Part shown: positions 52,499 through 64,000 of the stretch, one piece after another
Layout: each line of letters begins with the position of its first letter
Position numbering within the stretch: the stretch's first letter is position 1
From: Octopus vulgaris
Taxonomy: Eukaryota
Direction: 5' to 3'
NCBI GenBank assembly: GCA_951406725.2
Contig: OX597816.1
Span: 95,294,001-95,358,000, forward strand
DNA length: 64,000 bases
Position numbers and translations under genes: made by a program
The notes under the pieces: generated by a model
What the model was told of the DNA's origin: nothing
Databases searched by the model: none
What the model saw: only the letters and a program-made list of their open reading frames with translations

Positions 52499-52502
<4 letters not shown>
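51972..52502 (-). mobile_element. Probable PLE pseudo-LTR remnant with inverted partial copy
   Basis: 52058-52130 is the exact reverse complement of 52429-52501; hammerhead motif between the arms; (TA)n on both flanks. Confidence 0.65.
52257..52309 (-). ncRNA. Type I hammerhead ribozyme motif, intact core
   Basis: Minus strand: tgag CTGATGA tAGAagtGTCgattttGACtaaTCTt GAAA CGTACG TT ctca; stem III palindrome AACGTACGTT, GUU triplet, stem I tgag/ctca. Confidence 0.7.
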
Positions 52503-52552
<50 letters not shown>

Positions 52553-52555
<3 letters not shown>

Positions 52556-52836
52556 TACTTACTCTATCGGTTATTTTTCTCGAACCGCTAGGTTACGGGG
52601 ACGTAAGCATACCACTATCGGTTGTCAAGCGAAGGTAGGCAGACAAACACTGACAATATGTATATATATATATATATACGACGGGCTTCTTTCAGTTTCC
52701 GTCTACCAAATCCACTCACAAGGCTTTAGTCGGACCGGGGCTATAGTAAAAGATACTTGCCCAAGTTGTCACATACTGGAACTGAACCCGGAACCATATG
52801 GTTGGGAGGCAAGCTTCTTACCAAATAGTCACTCCT
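52553..52836 (-). mobile_element. SINE family A
   Basis: Clear reverse complement of 16858-17140. Confidence 0.85.
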
Positions 52837-54267
52837 TGTGTGTGTATGTGTGTGTGCGTACATTGGAATGTATATATACAGTGTTTCTTTCTATGCATTA
52901 TGTAAGTAATATTTGTACCCTTTCCTCTATGTGTAAATAAAAGCTTATGTGTGAATGCATGCGTATATATTGGTGAGTCTGGCTGCCTGCCTTCCTGTGT
53001 TTGTGCGTGAATATCTGTGGCTATGCTGACATTCTGGTTGCATAACATTCACTTATGTTTTATATATATATTATATTTGTCTGCATATCTATATGTATAT
53101 AATTATCTGCATATGAACCGGCCTCTAGTAAATTTGCATGCTTGCATGTTGGTAAAAATATACTATTAAGGGTTTCAGTAAATCGGATAAATCAATTTGC
53201 ATAAATAATGCATTCTGTCATTCTATACCATGTTTCGAAGGCATTTACGGAATATAACCAGTTCCAAATAAGCTCTCTGTATGTATTTAAACTAATGTGG
53301 CTTATTCCTATGTTTCCGTCTCCGAATAGATTGCACAAAAGGCAAGTTGTTTACATCTGACCTTTGAATGATTTACACACGAGATGCTTAACAAAAATGT
53401 ATAAATATATTCTGTAGAACATTAGAATACCAAACTAAAACACTATTAATGCGTCAGTTAATTAATAATCGAATTAACTGCCAAGAATTTATATAATCGG
53501 TTTATTTACATCATTAGATACATAAAAATACACATACATACACAAATACGTACATACATATATATACATATATACATACATACCTGCATACATGCGAACG
53601 TACATACATATACACATACATATACACATACATATACACATACATACATACATACATACATACATACATACATACATACATACATACATACAGTGTGTAT
53701 ATATGTATACACCGAACACACATTTATTTGGCTGCATATGTATTGTAGGGATGAGTCAATAGAATCTCATTTGTAAATAATGACTACAAAAACGATATGT
53801 AACAATGGACACATGTGTAAAATAATATTCTAATCATTTTCAAGGGGTTTATGGTTAATTATGGAGCTTGAAGGTTAGAAAACAATGAAAATATTAGTAA
53901 ATAGAGAAAGACAAATACTGCGAATCAATCAATAATAATTAAATGGTAACTATAATTTGAAGAAAGTATTACGTGCAGTTCTTCCATAGAAATTTATCTA
54001 ATTCTATTCATTCGAGTGTATAATTAAAATCTGCCAGAAATTGTTATTATACGTGAATTATATTTGTATGTATCTGTGTACATATATTTAAATATGTGCA
54101 TATTTGTATATGTGTATATCTATCTACCAATATATATATATATATATACCGGAATAAACAAATAAATGCGAAACAAGGTGGAAAAAAGAATACTCAAATA
54201 CAAGAGGTAGAGTAATATGCTTTCTTTAAAAGCAGCAGAAATATAACAAAAGCTATTACTGTATCTT

Positions 54268-54585
54268 TTCCTAAGAATTGCAATTGCAAAGATGAGACCT
54301 CCTGTCTGTTGGAAGGAAAATGTCTGGAGAAAGGAATTGTGTATAGAGCCAAAGTGCAAATAGGAAGCTCACTTGAATATAGAACTTACACAGCGGCTTC
54401 TGAAAATTCTTTCAAGACCCGATTTTATTCTCATAGAAAGTCCTCCCAATATTCCGAAAACAGGACAAAGACCAGCCTGGCAAAATATGTCTGGAAATTA
54501 AAAGAAAATGAAACCCGGTTTTTCAACGTGATATGGAGAATTTTAGATAAAACATCACCTTACAGGCACGGTGCACATAAAAGAA
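54268..54585 (+). mobile_element. Penelope-like GIY-YIG endonuclease fragment
   Basis: KNCNCKDETSCLLEGKCLEKGIVYRAKV..YTAASENSFKTRFYSHRKS..TSLAKYVWKLKE..IWRILDK..PY. Confidence 0.85.
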
Positions 54586-57378
54586 GATAGAGTATGCAGA
54601 TTCGAGGTGAGTACTGTTGGAGATAATATCCTCTACATATGAAACATGAATTATATATACATACTTGGTGGAAGTCAACTCATGACCGAGTAAGACGACT
54701 TCCTAGACTCAGTAAGTCCGTATCAACGCTCCCTGAGTCCAAGAAATTTGTGTGCGAAAATTTGTTTTCGGTGGATAAAGATTTACACAGCACTGGAACC
54801 ACTTTTCTGTGCAATCAACTATAAAATCAATGGCACAAGAGGTTCTGACGGTCAGTTACAAACTATATTTCAAATTTATTTCATATAAGTTTATCTTCTA
54901 GAAAGATGTTCTGATGAGAACTGGAGGCCCTTTACTCAATTTGGTTCATATGCTATCTAACCGATAGCTGGGACCATAACAGATGGTACCTCCCGGGTCA
55001 GACATAGGAACAACAGTGTTTAGAGATGGTTTCCCACTCCTCAAAACCCTAGAACTCGTGTAGCGGCGCTCCAATACCAGATGCCGTTTAAAGTCATACC
55101 TAGGTCACACACACACACACACACACTTAATTATGCGCATTTTTATGCATGCATGTACTTATGTTTGTATGTAAGCACACACACACATACGCACGCACAC
55201 ACAAATTAGAAACAAATCAAAGAAAATGGCTAAAAAAATCAACAGATGAAAGATATATATAAATATGAATAGGCGTTAATGAAATAAATTAAAATATATC
55301 AGATATATTTCAGAAGATTCTGGATAAAAAAAATTACTATCTTGGTTTGAAATTGACCAACATTGCTTAGAAATTATTTTAGCTGGAGTAATTTAGAAAC
55401 TATTAATGAAAAAAGATTTATTTTGATGAGATAAAATCAAACTTGCGAAATTTCTCAGCTACTTCTACATGAAGCATAAATATGTTTAAATTTGAATAAA
55501 TTTATGCTGGTAATATGTGTTATAGAGCCAGTTTCCATACCTGGTTGAAGATGTTTTAATATTTAAATAATATTTTCGGAGTTTTTCTTGTTTTGTAAGT
55601 GACTAGATGTAGCGTTGGCATCGTTGTCTTTTTAGAAATATTACAGTCATAGCTGTGTAGTTTACGAGTTTGGTTTTCAAAAACGTAACTGTGAGCTCGG
55701 TTACTTTGTATGTTATATTGACAAAGTACATTGTATTATAGACTAGGGATATCTTCCCTGTGGAACATAGAAGGCAGAAGCTGTACAGAAGCCCGTCTTT
55801 ATGTGTGTCAGTGTGTATGTGTATATGTATATGTCAAATTTTAAGTATATTATGGGCATATATATTATACGCATGCATATATATATATTTAGCGAAAGTA
55901 TATAGGGCATAGCCTTATAATCAGAGGGATGACTGAAAAGGAAAAATAATTACTGTATTCCGTCTGAATTATGCAGACGATGTTTTCTTTAGTATCACCT
56001 TCAAAATATAGGACTCAAGTGATCGGTCTGTTAGTAACACACTATCAAGCGACGGCTTCTTTTCAGCAAATGCAATATACAATATGTCAAGTAAATTACC
56101 TCAATTTAAGACCGATATCTCTATATTCATATTTTTAGATGTTGAGTGAAACCTTTCAGCGTTTATATAACACTGTAATAGAGGATTTGATGGTCATTTT
56201 TGACCATGTAGCTACACAAATACATGGAAGAGTTTTTGTTTAATTAACACTACAAGCCATTGCCCTGAGGGACAGTAAACCAATGTCATTCACTGTAGTT
56301 GAGGTCAACTGCCAAGCGCGTGTGAATATACGTTCAAAAGTTCAAGAAAAAGAGAACATTTATGGCGAATTAATGTGGAACTTGTATCTCTTGTATCCTG
56401 TGGATTACCAACAAATTTTCCAAATTTTCACAAAAACCTAGAAATACTCGGTTTCACGAATAATGTGCAAAAGAAGCTGGTGCGGATTCTCAAAATCCAA
56501 TCTATCTATTAGTGATAAACTGAAGATTTGTAAGACATTCCAAAAAGTCTCCATGTGAGATTCTTATGTGAATAGATGCACACATATGGGTGTTTGCATC
56601 GACAGTTGAACTGACATCAACTCAACCACATATTTGCAAACACCAGGATTTCTCTTAACTCAAGTTAGTGACCAGCTTGAACTCTCTCAAGAAGAACTTA
56701 TATTAAACTCAAGGAATAAAACATACGTATATATATACATACATACATGCATACATACATAAACACAGACAGACAGATACCCAAACTATGTTTATGTGTT
56801 ATGAAAACTGAAGCCCATCTCATTCATATTACTGTCACCATTTTACTGTAAACCTAACGAAAGAAGTGCATTGTTTGTTTGTATATAACATGAAATCAAA
56901 TGTTGTTGCCTACAAAATGAAAGTGAGGCGATGAATCCGATATGTTGATATTAAATAGCAATGTAATCATAGAATTACTTATTTTGAAAAAAATATTAAA
57001 ATTACATATTCTGTTGTTAAAGCAATGAAATATTAATTGTTAGTAGAAGGCCGGCAAACCATGCAACAGTTGAAAATGTGAAATTTAAAGCAGACAGCAA
57101 TAAGATGAAACGTTGTTAACTGAACGTTCATTTAATATGTAAAAGAAAAGCAAAACAAAGCAAAAACAATGATGAATTAATAAAGGATATTAACATACAA
57201 AGACACCATGAAACATAAGCAGTAGTAATAAGAGCGAATCATACATCCGAAAAGATTTTCAGCGAAAAACTTCGTCAGCAAATGAAAAAAGCAGGAAGAA
57301 AACACACGCTATTAATGATAATAAATGTGTATAAAAAGCAAAAACAAAAGACAATGAACATTTTTGAATGGCTTATAT

Positions 57379-57417
<39 letters not shown>

Positions 57418-57637
57418 GGACATGCAGCATTTGCCAAGTTGAAATTCAAATGCGACGTTACTTGCGCTCGCACATGCACATAAACTGTACTACGGTCATA
57501 GACACTTCACTCCGGTCGGGGACTATATATAAGAGGTTAATGTCAATCGTTGTGTATACGTTACCGGAAGTTTCATAATAAACATGTATTGCAAATAATA
57601 TCGAAGATAGACAAATATAGATATGTGTGTGTGTCTA

Positions 57638-57700
<63 letters not shown>

Positions 57701-57709
57701 ATGGAATGG

Positions 57710-58153
<444 letters not shown>

Positions 58154-58209
58154 ATATATATAAATGTGTGTGTGTGTATTTGTGTACGTACGTATAAATA
58201 TATCCATGT

Positions 58210-58385
58210 GTGTTTTGTTGTGCTTGTCTCCCACCACTGCTTGACAACAGGTGTTCGTTTGCTTACGTCTTCGTAACTTAATATAAGTAACAGGTTTCAA
58301 ACCTGTAAGTACTGGGTTCCATTTCTTTGATTAAACTCTCTAAGGCAGCGCCCGAGCATGAGCGCAGTCTAATGACTGAAAATAC
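58210..58385 (+). mobile_element. SINE family A 3' half
   Basis: GCTTGACAACAGGTG..GTAACTTA..AAGTACTGGG..CAGTCTAATGACTGAA; another tail copy lies at 49455-49620. Confidence 0.65.
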
Positions 58386-58456
58386 CTAAGAAAGCAGATT
58401 TATACCTTATGCGCGCGTGTGTGTGTATGTGTAGTGCATGTCTGTGTGTGTGTGTA

Positions 58457-58489
<33 letters not shown>

Positions 58490-59633
58490 ATGTCTGCGTG
58501 TATATATTATGCATAAATCGCGAGCAATTATAGAAAGTTTGTGAATGTATTGCTAATAGTTATTTCGATAGTGTTTCAAGTACAGATATTAAACAGATCA
58601 ACATGATGACATGCTGAACTTTTACCATTAAATATCTGCCCCCAAATCAATAAGCTAAAGAATATTTAAAATGTAAAGGAAAATGATGTGGGAAAAATTA
58701 TGTTTAATATCTATTGAACTACAAAAATATTTTTATCGAGTAGCAACAACAAAAAAAAAGTTGCTTAAAATGTTTACCGTTTCCTTTTCATCTCTAACTT
58801 CAGGCATCATTTAACAAACTGACCTTTTTCTTATAATGTTAATAAGAGCTAACAAAACTGTTTTTACGGTTTAGTGCTTTATTTCAAACACTTTACCATC
58901 GATATTCGAGGCTTAACTCTAACAGAATAACGATTTTTAAAATTCCATTTTCTCAACTAGCCATTCATTAACCACGAGTTAAATATTTCTTGAACCAATT
59001 AATGACTTCCATTCACATATGCCATTTTATCATACACGCACGCGCACGCGTGCAGTCATATGTATATACATGTCTATATGTATATATATATGTGTTTGAA
59101 TGTGGTTATATTAATATATATGTGAATCTTATTGTCAATACTTATTTCCATGTAGCGTTAGCTTAGCCAACATTATACTATTTTATCAATATTAGATGAT
59201 GTTTATATCAAGCATCCTTTCATAAGTAAGCATGTAACACAATTTCATTATCAATTTGATAGGTGTTCACCATCAGTAGATAAATAACTACCAAATCCAA
59301 GCAATAAATTTCGTAAATAAAATTATTTTGAATAATCATAAAAATAATAAATCGTAATAAATAGTTTACAATAAACAAAATATCTATAAACAAGGAATAT
59401 TAACTAAAATTGAAACGAAACACAAATTTCTGTATCACGATCGGCAGTTTAAAAGATGAATTTAAACGTCAATCTTTTTTCTAAGAGATAAAACATCAGA
59501 GATGAGATAAGATACAGAATCTTGCAACAGTGGTTATCTGCAACGTCAGAAGTTAATTCTTAAGCATTTTTAGAAAAATATTCTTCTGAGACAACTTGAA
59601 CTGAAGAGTGAATTGAAAAATACTAAGTTTTAT

Positions 59634-60495
59634 TATCGAGGCGAGTCAAAACTTTTGCAATATTTGCGGTGTTATATCACGTTATCGAAGCAGTTCGAGA
59701 CGTAGACGGTACCTGCTGAAATTGGGTAATATCGTGGTAGTTGGTGCGTAGACATGTCGTGCTTTACTCTGTCATTTTAAAGCTGCACAGTTGTATGTGC
59801 AACGTAGTCTAATTTGGGAATTTTGCTTTACAAGTTCGAATTAGACCACATTGCGGCGGAAGCATCCAAGAACATTTTTTGTGCGAAGGGTGAAGGCTTG
59901 GTAGATCACAGTACAATAAATCAAATGGTTCAAGAAATTTCAGTTGGGTTGTAAGAAAATCGATGATCAGGCGGAGGCAGATTGGCCTAAAATGTGGTCC
60001 AAAGCAAACAGGTGTGCTCTGTGCTCCAAAGCAAAGACACAAATCTGGTGCGTAGCCCTCTGAGAGTATCAGGTGACCTCGGCATCTCACAGATATTTGC
60101 CATCGTGTAGAAAAGATGCCTGGCATTGGTTCATAGAAAGCGAGCCCTTCTGCAGAAAGACAACTCATGACCTCATACTACTTGTTTTAAGTTTACACTT
60201 CAGGAACTTAAGGAACTCGAAGTGATCCAACACCCAACATATAGTCTGGACCTAGCTCCCTTGGATTATTATTTGTTCAGATCCATGGCTCATTCTATAC
60301 GCTCGTGACATTTCATCAACCAAGAGGAGATCGAAGCTTCAGTGGAGTTCTTCGCCTCGAATGACATGAACGGGCATCAGCGTGAGATCAAAGAACTAGC
60401 AGAAAGGTGGTTTAAGACGATGCAACACGATGGCTTCTACTTTGAATGGTAGGCTGCTTTTGAAATAACTTGACGATTAAAGCTAATAAGTTACC
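59634..60495 (+). mobile_element. mariner transposase relic(s)
   Basis: KGEGLVDHSTIN/WFKKFQLG..DDQ (HTH); LLQKDNS*PH; HPTYSLDLAPLDYYLFRSM (YSPDLAPSD motif); IKELAERW..DGFYFE. The two halves may come from different elements. Confidence 0.8.
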
Positions 60496-60497
60496 AA

Positions 60498-61866
60498 GAT
60501 AGGTATCTGGTTTGGCCCAGATCTCCAAGTAGAAAAGAACTGGACTGAGGTATTGAACAAGGTCATCATCGTAGTCAAGACCTGGTCTTGACGGTGGCTA
60601 TCCTTGAAAGGAAGGGCAGAGGTCGCCAATGTGTTCATGGCATCGGTCATCATTTACGGCCTAACCTTCGTTCCTTGTCCAGATTCGTGTTTGAGCAAGT
60701 TGGAGAGACAGATCTTCCGCTTCTTGTGGAAGGGATCGACTCCACTTGTAAGGCGTTCCATGCGCAAAAATGCGTTGAGGTTGAGGCATCTCTGGCTTTA
60801 CCTGCATGGTGAACGGATGTGGCCTCCGCTTGCAAAACGGATGTTTCCCAGGTTCACTAGTTTTGGTGGACGAGAAAGCTGGTTTCGTCGATGATCGAGG
60901 TTGGGTACATACTATACGGAGTGCCGTAAGGCTCTCCTACAGTTGCGTCGCTCTGGTAATGCCAGCGATATTGGTACCACCGCGTCGTTCTAGAGCAGGT
61001 TGGTAGAGGCTGGAAACGATGATACCCTAGGGGAGACCATGGGTCTCGATAATAACTAGTTAGATATTTTGTTCCACAGGACATTCGGGCCGAGGACTTT
61101 GGATAACTTCCAAGATCTCTGGCTTGGCAATGTTACCGAGGGGGCTTACCCGTTCGGAATAAGCTCACCAGACAGACACGGCCAACCCGGTCCATTGGCT
61201 TGTCCAAGATGCGAGCAGGATAGGAAAACCGTTCTGCACGCTATTGTGAAGCGTCCGGAAGTGTCAGAAGTGTGGACTTATGCGGAACACCTGTTGTCGG
61301 ATTTGAGAAGAGTACAGCTGTCATCTGAGTCAGTTTTAAAAATTGACCCACCGGATATCCTCACGAAAGTAGGTAAGAATTGCTTTCTCGTCGTCGTCGT
61401 CGTCGTCGTAGTAGTAGTAGTAGTAGTAGTAGTAATTGCGAAAGAGGCGATATGGAAGACGAGAATGAAAGGAATGGCGACAGGCAACTTCATCTCCGGT
61501 CTCGGGCAGGTGAGATTCTTCCCCTTTTTACCTGAAAAGGAAAGTGAGGCTGGAGATAAAATGCCTGTCGGAAAGGATGTTTAAAGACAGATGGATACAT
61601 GTAGCTAGGATGCTGGGTGTGAAAGACTCCTCGTGAACGTGCGCTAAGGCTGAACAAAATGCTACCGGTAGTAGAACAGGGCTCGTGGGGTCGGAGCGTA
61701 ACCTGTTTTTCTATCTCATTGTGCATGTGTAATCATGTCTTTTGTATTGTATTTCATCCGATTTTATTGTAAACGTTTATAAATTTTTTTTATCGTTTGC
61801 GTGTCTAACCCCGATCAGGCTGTGCTATCCTCTCCATGTTGTCCACCTGTGGGCAATAAAGAAACA
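60498..61866 (+). mobile_element. Tx1/L1-clade LINE, 5'-truncated 3' portion
   Basis: GIWFGPDLQVEKNW..WS*RWLSLKGRAEVAN..LERQIFRFLWKG; CPRCEQDRKTVLHA..VW (zf-RVT-like); AKEAIWKTR; AATAAA at 61855-61860. Confidence 0.8.
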
Positions 61867-63389
61867 AGTTATGTCCAACATCTTACGCTGAAATATTATC
61901 AAAACATTAGTTATAGAATCGAGTATTCTTGGTAAAATATGGCTGTAGACTGAAATAACCCAAGACCTTATTGTAGTTTATGAATTATTGTACAACGACA
62001 AATTAGTTAATTGAAAAGTTCAGAAAATAGATAATGAAGCGAAGACGAAAAGAAAAGAAATAATGATCTAAGATATTAGCTTCTGTATTTGCATTCTGAT
62101 ATCATTGGTATGTAGGTAAATTGCTTAATGTTACATAATATCGACAGGAATGAAACTCGTAATTCATGTTATTTCTTAATCATTTATCTGAGTAATCTCA
62201 AATTATGTCACAATTTCAATTGTGTTCCACTTTTACAATACGTTATGTTATTTCATACAACTATCTTTCCTTTATATGTCCATTATAATTCGTCTTTTTC
62301 ACGCATATCTTTACACAATTTCAGTACAATCACAAGATATCTATCATTCTGCAAATCTTCAATGACTAAAACTTTGCGCTTAAACTATTTTTATATAAAA
62401 TAGATGGCATTTAAACATTCTCACCAGAACACATGCCTTCATATAATAAATATTTACCAACAAATATTTTACCACAAATTTACAGAACTCAACCAAAGAT
62501 ATTTCTCGATATCCATTGATTACATTGTCTGATTTGTTCACTCTTCTGGTCACTTTAGTCTTTGTTTCCATTTATGAGCACCGAAGATTTTACATCCTTT
62601 CTTTATCCTCCAAATTATAGTTGGGCTTATGCCAAGTAATGGAAATGTCGATAAAATAACATTGATGCAATTTGTGTTTCCTCAAACAAAAACTAGTGAG
62701 CTCACTAGTTTTTGTAGTTCAGAAGTATAGTTCAACGTTAAATTTCATCCATGATCAATTTCAAGTTTTAGAAATGCATAAATCTCGTCAAATTCTTCCA
62801 AATATTTCACGAATAACTAATCATGTCTTGATAGAAGTAATCTTAAGAGATCAGACGTAAAACAACATCCATAAAATCATGTTCCAAAAGCTTTGCAGCA
62901 AGAGTTTACAAAGGAATGAATTTTGTCAATTATTTTAACGTTTATTATTATGTGCTGTTCTGATTTCTATGATCTGTTGAAAAACTACAAATTCATTCAA
63001 ATCCAATTTCTGAAGTGCACAGCACACACTTTCGTTAATAATTCACGTTGTATCCTCTATCATGGTAATTTGTAGTAATATTGATCACAATGTTGTCATC
63101 AGTAGTGTATCAGGCCAAAAATATAAATTATGTCACAACATATAACGGCTAGGTATTATAGGTTGTCCAATATTTCAGATAGCTTTAGATGATTACTTTG
63201 TATGATAGCAATAAATTAAGATTTTCATTTCAAATATCCATTTGATAATCGATGTAAGAGATTTCCTTTTCATCACGTACAATAACAACCGTGATATTAT
63301 TTTATAAATTACTCATTTATCTTGCATACATTTTCTATCAGGAAGGGATTGTCTTTTATTTATTGCTAATGTATTTCAGTTTACTTTAA

Positions 63390-64000
63390 TTCATACAAAT
63401 GTAATTCTGATGAATGGTAAAGAGCCTAGGGCAGAGGACGTAATGCTTGCCGATATGCAATTTATATCCCTGTTGTATCGCACGATCGACGTACGATATA
63501 ACGGGATAATAATAATCTCCTCGCAAATCGTTCTACTCAAGATACTGGTAACAAACCTCGACAATAGGCAACTTTCCATTTCTTTTATTTAGGCTCATAG
63601 CCTTTATAAAGAGGGGACACCACCAGGACAGACAAAACAAGACATTGGGATACATATAAAAGAACACATTGCATGGACTATGATTAAAAAAATGAGGATG
63701 AAATAGCTTACTCACCCACCAAATCAAGCAGTTTCATTTTACTGTTCTTTTAAATTACAGTTCAATTTACAGTCATGTATCTTAAAAAAAAACACACACA
63801 CGCAATTACAACAAGTAATGCATAAGATCGTCGAAAATTACAATAGGTGGCAACTCATCGTATCTAAACTGAAGTGGTGATACTACAACTCTTTTTTTTC
63901 CCCAAACAGTTCTGCTAATCTCTCGCCTCTTTCTCCAATAGCACGCTCTTCTTACATTCTGAGATTGCCAGTTTGACTCTGATAACATTTTTCATCTTTG
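63390..64000 (-). pseudogene. Possible degraded piggyBac-like transposase C-terminal relic
   Basis: WWCPLF, then ..DLRGDYYYP..VLCPRLFTIH, loosely match the WW.PLF motif and Cys-rich tail of PGBD proteins. Confidence 0.25.

Noticed and set aside
54905-54960. CTGATGA followed by a GAACTGGA/TTTGGTTC stem
   Set aside because: The GAAAC half of the core is absent; at most a deleted relic.

Overview
AT-rich animal DNA dense in microsatellites and transposon relics. The repeat families resemble those of octopods (inference from SINE and LINE types). I found no host protein-coding gene, rRNA, true tRNA gene or CRISPR array; almost all ORF-track entries are translations of (TA)n, (CA)n, (TACA)n, (ATT)n or (TATC)n repeats. 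Recognisable content: Tc1 and mariner relics, a mariner MITE, a non-autonomous Helitron, HERO-like, R4/Dong-like, RTE, CR1-like and Tx1/L1-like LINE fragments, several tRNA-derived SINE families, and four Penelope-like (PLE) GIY-YIG fragments. The main signal missed by the ORF track is a set of type I hammerhead ribozyme motifs (CUGANGA / stem II / GAAA / palindromic stem III / GUH). Three have intact cores and pairable stems (3635-3739 +, 24780-24857 -, 52257-52309 -), and about seven more are minimal or degenerate. Several sit next to PLE fragments, some in inverted orientation. Other structures: a near-perfect 349-bp inverted repeat around a (TA)n tract, a Helitron 3' end readable on both strands, and a 570-bp non-coding element embedded in (ATT)n. 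All folds and alignments were done by eye.
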